Shown one piece after another: positions 44,913-54,800 of a stretch of 56,546 nt of DNA. Numbering within the stretch: position 1 is the stretch's first letter; each line of letters begins with the position of its first letter. Position numbers and translations under genes: made by a program. The notes under the pieces were generated by a model. That model saw nothing but the letters and a program-made list of their open reading frames with translations, searched no databases and was not told the origin of the DNA. Source of the stretch: a virus (Duplodnaviria > Caudoviricetes); the IMG/VR virus record IMGVR_UViG_3300025030_000128, positions 1 through 56,546 of that record, one strand, 5' to 3'.

Positions 44913-45512
44913 ATGGCCCTGCCTACTGACGACCTTACAACCGACCATCTCGACGCCGGAACCGACAGCCCCGCACAGGCGCGCAGTGAACTCTACGCCG
45001 CCGTGCTGAAGCTCAAGACGTTACTGGGCGTTCTCGCCACAGAGATTGTGGCTGTTGTTACCACTCACAATTCTGTAACAAATGCACACGCGGCAACATT
45101 TTCCGCTACCGCAAACCGCATGATTCTCCGCGATACAAACGGACGCGCAAAAATTGCAGATCCATCTGCCGACGACGACATCGCCACCAAGGGATCTTCC
45201 AATACCGCAATAGCGGCTTTGGCCATTGGTGTGAATCAGGCGTGGCAAGATGTTTCCGCTTCGCGAAGTATCGGTACTGAGTACACCAACGATACCGGCC
45301 GGCCGATCATGGTATCGGCGGGAGGAGATGCGGTTAACGGGTCCAACTCGTTATATTGCGGTTCGGTTACCGCCAGCATTCGCATTGCTCTTGGCAGCGC
45401 TCTTTCGTTTGACGGGACTACGGGAACGAACTTCGTAACGGGAATCATCCCCGCAGGACACAAATACAAGGTCACCGGCTCGGCCAAGACCTTCTGGGTG
45501 GAATTGCGCTAG
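44913..45512 (+). CDS. Short tail fibre protein
   Basis: RDTNGRAKIADP and GVNQAWQDVSASR..GT.YTN.TGRPIMV...W.ELR phage fibre C-terminal motif. Confidence 0.75.
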   Translation: MALPTDDLTTDHLDAGTDSPAQARSELYAAVLKLKTLLGVLATEIVAVVTTHNSVTNAHAATFSATANRMILRDTNGRAKIADPSADDDIATKGSSNTAIAALAIGVNQAWQDVSASRSIGTEYTNDTGRPIMVSAGGDAVNGSNSLYCGSVTASIRIALGSALSFDGTTGTNFVTGIIPAGHKYKVTGSAKTFWVELR

Positions 45513-45518
45513 GAGAGA

Positions 45519-45911
45519 ATGATGATGCAGGCGGCCGACATTCGTACTTGTTGGGAGAAAATCAGGCCCGGGCTGGAAGAGCTCAAGGCCGAGATGAAGG
45601 CCGATTGGCGACCGGAGGACATCTACTCTCTGGTGCGGATGAAGAAGGCGACCCTCTACATGGACCCCGCCCTCTCTTCCGGGTTTGTCATTCTCTCCCG
45701 GATGGAGAATGAGTTTACCGGCGAGCCTTACCTTTTGGTCTTGGCGGCCTGGGCTCCCGGCGAAGAAGTGCGCGACGTCTATTTCCCCCAAATCGAAGCG
45801 GTCGCCCACACGGTCGGCGCAAAGTACATCGAATGCTGTTCCCCGAGGCGGGGTTTTGAGCGCACCGGCTGGACCGTGGAACACGTCTGCTACCGAAGGA
45901 GCCTGACATGA
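45519..45911 (+). CDS. Hypothetical protein (GNAT-like fold possible)
   Basis: Located between tail and ejection genes; S.RRGF motif. Confidence 0.55.
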   Translation: MMMQAADIRTCWEKIRPGLEELKAEMKADWRPEDIYSLVRMKKATLYMDPALSSGFVILSRMENEFTGEPYLLVLAAWAPGEEVRDVYFPQIEAVAHTVGAKYIECCSPRRGFERTGWTVEHVCYRRSLT

Positions 45912-46510
45912 GCAAGAAAGAGACAGCCGTCGCCGCCACTCCGGAAGAGATTGCGTTGGCCGATATCTCCCGCCAGCAATTCAACCGCTACCAGAAGGTC
46001 CTGGCGCCATTTGAAGATGAATTTCTAAGAGAGTCGCGGATCACAGAGGGGGAGAAGCAGCAGATGCACGGCACCATCAATGCCGACGTCAAGCAGGCGG
46101 TCGCCACCGAATATCCCGGCGTGACTCCGGCCGGCGGGCGCAATGTACAGACCGCGGCGCGAGACCTGGCGGTGGGCGAGACCAAAGCCATGAGCTCCGC
46201 CCAGGCCGCCGGCAACATGCGCGCCGAGAATGCCGACGTTAAGGCGATCATGGATGGCATTCAGATGGGCCGGGGGCAGGCGATCGAAGCGGTGTCCGGT
46301 CTTGGAACCGAGGCCGCCTACTCGACCGACAAAGCGATCCGGGATGCCTTCGGTGACCAGCAAGAGCGCAACGACAACGCCGAGCTGATCGGCTCCGCCA
46401 TGGGCACCATCGCCTACGGCGCTGGCAAGATTACAGCACCGACCACCGCGAAAACCGACGCATCCGGCATTCCGCTTGATGCCTATGGCAATTATCAGTT
46501 TGACCCCTGA
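45908..46510 (+). CDS. Internal virion/ejection protein
   Basis: Ala/Gln-rich helical protein with Gly-rich hydrophobic C-terminal segment. Confidence 0.6.
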   Translation: MSKKETAVAATPEEIALADISRQQFNRYQKVLAPFEDEFLRESRITEGEKQQMHGTINADVKQAVATEYPGVTPAGGRNVQTAARDLAVGETKAMSSAQAAGNMRAENADVKAIMDGIQMGRGQAIEAVSGLGTEAAYSTDKAIRDAFGDQQERNDNAELIGSAMGTIAYGAGKITAPTTAKTDASGIPLDAYGNYQFDP

Positions 46511-46533
46511 TACAGATAAAGGAGGACGCCGCC

Positions 46534-47127
46534 ATGGGCTTCGGAAGTAGCGTCGTAAAGAAACTCAAGAAGACCTTCATCCCCTCAAGCACCAAGCTGT
46601 CCTGGAACAATATCGAGGACAACTGGAACCCTTTTGTCGGTGGTCCTTCTGCCGGCGCCAAAGAACAGTTTGAAAAGATCTCTGGAGGTAAAAGCCAGAG
46701 CGAGGTCATTGACAAAACTATTGGCAGAAACAAGGGAATTACAGGAGTAACTACCGGAGGGCTGGCGCAAATCTACCGTAGCCAGTGGGCCGACTATCGC
46801 AAGCGTTTTGCCCCCCTGGAAAACGAGCTGATCGATACCTATCGCAATCGGGCGGTGCACGACAAGGCGATTGAGGCGGGCGCACAACAGGCCGCTATCT
46901 CTGCCGACGGCGCCGAAGAGTCTTACGACCGCAATGTGCAGCGCTTCGGGGTGGACACCGAACAGATGTCGCAGGAAGAAACCGACCGCGCTTTCGATCT
47001 GGCCCGCTCCAAAGCCATCGTCGATGCCAAGAACCGCACTCGTCAAGCTTTGGTCGACCGCGATCAGGGCATGCTCTCGGGTGGTATCACCACCGGGGGC
47101 GTTCGTAAGGAAGGAGTCGCCACATGA
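46534..47127 (+). CDS. Internal virion protein
   Basis: QWADY..RF.P.E..L pattern; operon context. Confidence 0.6.
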   Translation: MGFGSSVVKKLKKTFIPSSTKLSWNNIEDNWNPFVGGPSAGAKEQFEKISGGKSQSEVIDKTIGRNKGITGVTTGGLAQIYRSQWADYRKRFAPLENELIDTYRNRAVHDKAIEAGAQQAAISADGAEESYDRNVQRFGVDTEQMSQEETDRAFDLARSKAIVDAKNRTRQALVDRDQGMLSGGITTGGVRKEGVAT

Positions 47128-47381
47128 ACATCACCGATCTTGGAGCCAATACGCGGCAGGTAGCGATTGCCGGTATGGAGAAGGCACACCGCCTCGGTCT
47201 CGACCGCGAACGGGCCAATGAAGAGATGGAGCGGGCCCATGATACAACCCAGAAGTCGATGGCGGGCAGCGGGCTGGCAACGGGCGCAATGATTGGTTCG
47301 TCGATTAGCCCCGGGATTGGCACCGTAGTTGGAGCTGTTATTGGTGGAGCGGCCGGCTACTTCGGCGCAGACCTTTTCTAG
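47124..47381 (+). CDS. Glycine-zipper ejection protein
   Basis: GAMIGS..PGIGTVVGAVIGGAAG. Confidence 0.65.
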   Translation: MNITDLGANTRQVAIAGMEKAHRLGLDRERANEEMERAHDTTQKSMAGSGLATGAMIGSSISPGIGTVVGAVIGGAAGYFGADLF

Positions 47382-47390
47382 GAGGATAAC

Positions 47391-48824
47391 ATGGCCGACC
47401 CCATTGCGCGGGCGATTCAATCTTACGGCGCCCTGAAGAACATTGAGCATCAGGACGCGATCAACGAACGGCAAGAGCAACAGATGGACCGTCAGGATCG
47501 TCTCGACGCGATTGCCATGGAAGACCGTGAAAAGGCGGCCGCAATTCAGACCGAGGACCGCGCCTGGCAGAAAAAGCAGCGGGCGGTACAGGAAAAGGAA
47601 TGGAATCTGAAAGAGCGGGAGCGGGCCAAGGGTGAAGTCAACAAGATCCTGCACTCGGCTCTCCTGGAGGCCAAGGGCGACGAATCCAAGATCAACTGGG
47701 GCGCTGTGGCCCCACAACTGAAACCGTACTATGACGCCGAACTGTTGCCGGAAAAGTTCAAGACCGTCTTCGAGCCTGACCGCCTTAATAAAGAACTGGG
47801 CGCCACCCGAGGGCTTCTGGATATGATGGCCACTGGTAAACTCGACCACACCAAAGGTTTGATGCTCTTGAATAGCAGCTTCAAGGGCGAGCTCTACGAG
47901 CGTGGTAAAAGGAATGGTGCTACTGGCTTCACCCTGGTCGATGCCGTCCCTTCCCCGAACGCCGACGGCTTTATGTTCGAGGCCGAACTGAACTACCCCA
48001 AAGGTTCTCGCCGCGCTCCCCTGACGGTCAATGCCGGAACCGAGGATCAGGGCGACAACGAAGTGAAGAATTTCCGCCTGGAGCATGAGGTCGCCCCCTA
48101 TGTCGTTTCGAAGTACCGGGCGCTGAAAGGGATCGAGGCCTACCTGCAGTCGGAAGGGGTGATCAAACCTAAAACCGAAAAGGGACGCAAGGTTATTGAA
48201 GTCGGAGATCCTGGCGCCAAGGAACTTGTCTACGCCGATACTGGCAAAAGAGTGCGGGCGCTGCCCCAGGGCCCCGGAGTAGTCAAGGACAACTCCGATT
48301 CGTCCAGTGGGCTCAAGCCCAATGAAGAGCGACAGATCCGCGGCGAAGTGCGCAAGATCCTGCAGTTCAATTTCATCGCCGACTATTTCAGCGCCGCCGA
48401 CATTGAGACGAAGAAGAAGCTGGTGGCGACGATCCCGGGCGCTTCAGTAAATCCCGAGACCGGCAAGATTGTCACCGATCCCAAATTCAACGTGCAATGG
48501 GATAGGGTCATTGCCGCCTTACCTCCCGAGGCACAGAAACAGTACAACCGTTCCGAGCAGTATGCCGGCCTGATGATTGGTCAGGGGCGCATGCTGGGCA
48601 ATCCTGCCGGCATTGCCACTGAGGCAATCAGTAAAGCCTCTCTTGCCGAAGCCCCGGGTCAACAACAGGCGATTCCGAGCCAGCCGGCACCACCAAGCAA
48701 GCCACCTTTTGATGTCGCCATTACCGAGGCCCGGGCCAAGCTCGCAAAGCGTCCGGACATGAAACAAGAGATCATGCGCAGAATCGATGCGATCTATGGC
48801 CAAGGCGCTTCGCAAAACATCTAG
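47391..48824 (+). CDS. Internal virion/ejection protein
   Basis: 477 aa with N-terminal coiled coil; precedes the giant protein. Confidence 0.65.
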   Translation: MADPIARAIQSYGALKNIEHQDAINERQEQQMDRQDRLDAIAMEDREKAAAIQTEDRAWQKKQRAVQEKEWNLKERERAKGEVNKILHSALLEAKGDESKINWGAVAPQLKPYYDAELLPEKFKTVFEPDRLNKELGATRGLLDMMATGKLDHTKGLMLLNSSFKGELYERGKRNGATGFTLVDAVPSPNADGFMFEAELNYPKGSRRAPLTVNAGTEDQGDNEVKNFRLEHEVAPYVVSKYRALKGIEAYLQSEGVIKPKTEKGRKVIEVGDPGAKELVYADTGKRVRALPQGPGVVKDNSDSSSGLKPNEERQIRGEVRKILQFNFIADYFSAADIETKKKLVATIPGASVNPETGKIVTDPKFNVQWDRVIAALPPEAQKQYNRSEQYAGLMIGQGRMLGNPAGIATEAISKASLAEAPGQQQAIPSQPAPPSKPPFDVAITEARAKLAKRPDMKQEIMRRIDAIYGQGASQNI

Positions 48825-48840
48825 GATGGAGTGACACCCT

Positions 48841-51800
48841 ATGGGCATGTTCGATGATATTCCCGATGAGCCTACCGTCAGCTCTTCGCAACCCGCATCC
48901 TCTCAAACGATGTCGAGCGGGCTCTTCGATGACATCCCCGACGTTCCTGAAGTTGAAGATGCGCCAACGTCTGCAGACGGTTCGACCATGGGCGATTTCT
49001 TCCGCGACCTTCCCAATGCCGCTATCCGTACCGCGCAAAGTATTCCTGTTGGCGTCCGTAAGACAGCGGGCGCCATTGGCGTCTTAGGGGCTGACCTTGG
49101 CCTTCGTCCTGGTGATTCCGGAGGCGAAGACGGCCCCGTCGTAATGACCCCCGAAGAATCCCGTCAAGAGCTTCGCCAGGCTGACGCCGAGTCGCAACAA
49201 CTGCAGAGGGATTATCCGACCAAGACAGAGCTGGGCGGGTTGGTGGCTGGTGCTGGCGAGTCTATCGCCTATATGGCGCCGATGCTGCCCGCAGGACCCG
49301 GAGCGGCCGTGGCCGGCATGGCGGGACGAACCGCGATCGATACCTACGGCGAAGCCCGAGAGCTGGAAGGGAAGTCGGTTCAAAACGCTGGGATCGAGGC
49401 GGTCGTTTCCGGGACGGCCGAAGGCGCGCTGGAAATGGCGCCGACCGCCATGTTGTTCGATCTCTTCGGCAAGTCGGCCAATAAGTCTTTGGCCGGCAAG
49501 CTGGTCAAGTACTTTGCCGCCGAACAGGTTACCGAAGTTCCGACCACCTTAATTCAAAACGCCGCCGACATCTACACCTCGAACGATCCCCAGGCAGAAG
49601 AGAAGGCGATGCAGTATGCCCTCGACTACCGGGATTCGATTCTCGGAGGCTTTGCCGAGACTCCGGACATTACGGTCGATGGCCGCAAGTACAACGCCTA
49701 CAACGATATGGTCCAGACGATGAAGCAGACCGCAGTTCAGGCGGGCCTCATGGGAGCCCCTGCGGCCGGTCTGAGGGGCGTTCATAAGCTGGCCATAGGA
49801 GAGGCAGGGCGGGCGCAGGAGCGGGTTGACAAAGAGGCCTACGACGCTCTCAGTAAGCCTGACCGCAAGCAGTACGACGCTGCCGTGGAAGAGCAAGCGG
49901 CTGGCCGCAGTCTGAACCGGATGTTTGGCCGCTCGAACGAAATTGAACGCCGCGACATCGACCTCCTCAATCCCGAGGCAGAGTTCGACGTCGAGGCCTA
50001 CCTTAGAGGAGAGCAAAATGATCTGTCAGAATCCGAACTGCCGCTGTCTGGGAACGAGACCGGGACGCCTCTGCAAGAAGTGCGGACACAAACAGCCGGC
50101 GTAGACTCGCCTGTTGTTCCTCCCGTTCCTATTCCTCCGGTGGAATTAGTAGCACCTCAGACTTCCCCAATGCCCCTACAGCCGGCGATCGTACCCTGGC
50201 AGATGGCAGTGCCGCCCCCCGCAGAAGAGATTGCCCCAGAAGTCTTGCCCACTCAGACTCAACCCCTACAGGAGGAACCTACCAATGCGATGCCCACGGT
50301 GTCAGGAGCTAGTGAAGCGGGGCAGTCGATGCCCGAATTGCGGGAAGGTGGTTCGACCATAGGCGAAGCGACCGACGCCGAAGGAAACGAAACGGTTTTC
50401 GTTACACAACCCGGACCGCGCCTTCGTCCTGCCACTGAAGAAGAGATTGAAGAGTTTGCGGAATTGATGCGCGAAGCTGGCGTCAAGGAAGGGTCCGACT
50501 CTTGGAATAAGATGCTTGCCAGCAAGACTAACGGCATCAAGATCCGAGCGATCGACCCTCTCAGTGGCTACCAGGGCCGCTCCGAGTTTGGGCTGGCTCT
50601 GCCGAAGATCTGGGAGAGGCATGTTGAAGGGGTCCCAGTTACCATCACTGAGTTCGACATTGTTAATCTCGGCGGACTAAACGAGAATATCGGAGAGCCG
50701 GAAGCGAATAAGGTTCTGACGGACATCTACAAGATCTTCTCCGATACTCTCGTCTCTTTCGGGATCAAGGACGCGCAGCTCTTTCGCAATGGCGGCGACG
50801 AGGGCCAGGCGGTCTCGACCGCGCCGAAAGAACTTCAGGTGCAGGCCGTAGCCGAGGCCAAGAAGAGAATCGACGCCTACGTCAAAGAGAAAGGTCTGGA
50901 GAAGACTTTTGGCAAGACTGCCAAAGGCCAACCGAAGAACACGACGGAAATTGGGACCGGGATTTACCACGCAACCGAGTCATTCTCCGACTGGCCGAAC
51001 TTGCAAGACGCAATCGATGCTGTTAAACTTGGGGTGAACGAAGCAAAGCGAGCAGAGAAAGGGCTAGACGATGGGCGAACAAGCATTGAAAGACCTGGGA
51101 CTGTTCGAGCTGAAGGACAACCCGCAAGCACTGAAGGCGGAGATGTCCAAGATGCGCCAGGAGCTGGAGTCCCGCCGGCTCAAAACTCCTCGACCAACCT
51201 CTACTCAGGTATCCCCCTCCCGGAACTGAAGAAGCTCGCCGGCAATCTCAAAGCGGCCTATCCTCATCTGCTCAACCTCGGCTCCCAAGTCTATCAGGCG
51301 GGCCACACTACCCTCGACCAATTCAAGAAGGAAATGCAGCGTGTTTTGGGCGACCTCTACCGGTCGTTCAAGGATGCGATGATCCGCGTCTTCAATGACG
51401 TACGTGCCCGCCTGAAGGACGAGCGTGGCGTTGTCGGCAGGGACATCAATGAGCTTCGGAAAGACGAGGCCTCCGCCGATCAGGTCTCTCCCAAGGACAT
51501 GACCGACGATGATGTCCAAGTTGAAGACACGAGAGAAGCAAGAGTGCTTTTCGTTGGACTAGAATTAAGTAAAGCGAAGCGCCAAATTGAAAACGATCAA
51601 CTTTGGGAATCAACGGTCGATAAGCTTCGTTATCTTTATAGGGTTGTTCCGGACAAAGACCTTCGGGAAAAAATAACGGAGATGGCAAATCTTTATATTA
51701 AGGCTTTGGCCCCCGGTAAAACTTTCGGCTCAATCGAAGACAAGGAGCGTGAGGCGGCCAAACAGAGAATTGCAGAGAGGAAGGCAAAAGACGGGGCAAC

Positions 51801-54800
51801 CGAGTCTGTCGACCGCATAATTAAGATACCGAAAAAAAATGAATCTCCTGAGCTGGCAAAGAAGGACGAAGCGGACGCTGACCAAGTTACCCCCAAAAAG
51901 ATGACCGACGAAGAGCGCAAGGTCATGCACGAACGTCTGTTCGACGAGCAGTACCGTGCCCGCCGGGAAGAGAACGAAGATCAGATTGAGGAGACGGTCG
52001 ACTTTACCGACGAGGCGCCGATCAAAGACTCCCGCGACTACGAGGACAACTTCTTCCCTTCTGGGAAAGAGTTCTTCCCTTCTCGTTCTTCTGGGGTTCA
52101 AGACAAAGCGAAGCAGGCTCAGGTGCGGGAGCTGAAAGATTCGCAGGGCATGCAGATGGCGCAGGACGATGATGCCAAGCTCCGCAAGATCCGGCCGATG
52201 ACGATGATGGAATCAGAAGTCGTCCGCTCGAACGATGCCCTTGCCTCCGCAGGCCAGAATATTGAGAAGCGCGAAAGGGCGGCCGCCAAGAACAACGCGA
52301 CCGCCGATGCGTTTCAAGAGAAGTTCTGGCAGGCCCAGAAAGACGCCCTCACCTACGCCGCCAAGGAGCTTGCCCGCAATCCGCTCATGACCACTGCCGA
52401 GAAGGGCCGGCAGACGCTGATGCAGATTATCGGCAATGACCTGGCTCAGTTGGCCGAGACGTTCTACGCCGCCGACCTCATTGCCTTCATCGAGAAGAGC
52501 AAGAACGGGGGTCAGCTCGCTACCTTAACCGGCTACCCGGACGCCCTCACAGAGCTTCTGGACTACCAGGAAAGGTATTACGCGAGCGATGTCAACCAGA
52601 CGTCCGAGGAAGCGACCGACGAAGAGGCCGAGAACGCACCCCGCTCTATCGCCGACCGTAAAGCCGTGAATGCTGAGTATGAAGCGGAGCGGAAAGAGGA
52701 AGTACAAGAGGAAGATGTCGATACCGTTTCCAAGGAGGAGCTATCCGCTCACAGAGAAAAGCGGGATGCAGAAGAAAAGGCGACCGCGAAGAAGGAGGGC
52801 AAGCAGAAAAGAGCTGAACGTTCTTATGCTCGTCAACGGTTCGATAAGGCGGGCCTTGCTCTCTTCAAAAAGAAAGACACTGCCAACCAGCAGTTAATCT
52901 CTGAGAACTGGAAGGGCTTTTTCCTGGGGGTCGCCGATCATATTTTCAGCGGTAAGGTCAATGAGCTCAAGGATGTCGATCATGCGCTGATTGCTCACAA
53001 GATGGTCGGGACCAAGAAGGTGACGAAGGAGTTCCGCGATCTCTACATGCACGGCGACCGCAGCAAGGCGATTGAAATCGTCAAGGAGATGATGGAGCAC
53101 TCGATCCTTCTTCTCCCGTTTGAAAAGGAAATGACGTCGGATCTCTACCGCGGCGAAGTAGAGTTGCCGGCCCGGGTGCAGCCGAAAGAGAAGTTCGCTC
53201 CGGTCTATACCAAGCACGACGCCTTTATCGACAGTCACTGGGATGCCCTCGACAAGATCCTGAAGGACATTGTCCTCTCCTCTGGAAAGAACCAGGCCGC
53301 ACCAAAGCACCGTCAGGAATTGCCAGGCGGGCGTCCTGGGGGTCAGGTCTATGTCTGGAGTGTCATGCGGAAAGATTCGCCGCTGAATCTGAGCGAAGCG
53401 ATGAACCGGCTGTTCGACAAAACAGACTACGACGGCGCAACCCGCCAGAGTATCTTCGACGAGATGCTGCACCGCTCCGGGCTTACCGCCCTCAAAGGAT
53501 CCACCTACCCCGTCAGTGAGTTCGCCGAATCGAAGTATGCCGAAGGCGCCATGCAGCCGGTCGAACTGAATCCCGTTGACCAGACCGAAGAGACCCGGCT
53601 GCGCGAGGTTGCCGGCGTCAAGGTCAATGAAGATGGAAAGTTGTTGAACTATGACTTTGGCAACGACATTATCGACATGATCCGCGACGTTGTCTACTCC
53701 GACCTGGGGAACCAGATTGCCGAGGAGCGGGGCTTCCCTTCGAGGGATGCCTACGTCAAACATTTGGCGCAGAGATTCAACACTGGTTGGCCGAAGGTGA
53801 AGAACCACAAGGAGTCGGACGCGATCAAGAAGAAGCGTGGTCAGGCCCGGGAACTCTTTTACAAAGAAGACTTGCCACTGATCAAGGCTGCCCGCATGGA
53901 GCGCCAGTATCGGGACAAGAATCTACTCGACAAGGATTTCTTCGAGAAGATCGTCGCCTTGGCTCCTGAAGCCGAGATGAGCGCAGAAGAGGCTTACGGT
54001 ATCTGGATCCGGAGAGGAAACTACGGGGCAATCTATGCTGAGGTCAGGCGGCGGGCGGAAGAGAATCTACAGGCCAAGGCCGACAAGAACTTTGCTGTCC
54101 TCAAGGAGCTGCGGAGCAAGGGCGCCCGGGCCATCGCCGAAAGTATCCTGACTCCGGCACAGCAGAAGCAGTACGGCTTGGCACGGTCGTCAATGGAGAA
54201 AGGAAAGCCCAACTTCAAAGGGATCGACACCAAGGACCGTTCAGCTCTGGTTGCTGCGTTTCAGATTGAGCAGGACTTGCTGGCCGGCCGCGAAGCTGAA
54301 CTGGCCGATCTCAAGCTCGATCACGGCTACCCGGTCCAGGCAGAAGACGTCTTTCAGCGGGACCTCGATAACATCTTTGCCGAAGAAGCCAACATCGGCG
54401 GACTCAAGGTCGGCAAGTTGCGCAACGAGGCGGCCCAGAAGTTCTACCAGGCGGTCGCCAAAGCGTTCGGCGCCGAGCTGGTTGTCGTCTCTGATCCTTT
54501 TTACCGCTCCCGCTACATCGGCTCTACCGAGGGACAGAGCAAGATCGTCGTCAATGTCCAGGAGAGCAAGCAGATTGAAAAGCTCTTCGCTCACGAGCTG
54601 TTTCACCATGTTGTCAACCGGGCTGATCCTGCTGCCTACAGGGAGTTTGTGCGGGCGGTGAAGCTTGTGGTCGGGCAAGAGAAGTGGGACGCCGCACAGG
54701 CCCGCCTGCTTCGCCCTGATAGCCTTTCCGAGATGAGCATGAGCGAGGCGGTCGACGAAGTGCTGCGCGATCCCAACAATGAAGCACTCGACGAAGAGAT

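Noticed and set aside
36655-45512. Diversity-generating retroelement acting on tail genes
   Set aside because: No reverse transcriptase and no TR/VR repeat pair were seen.
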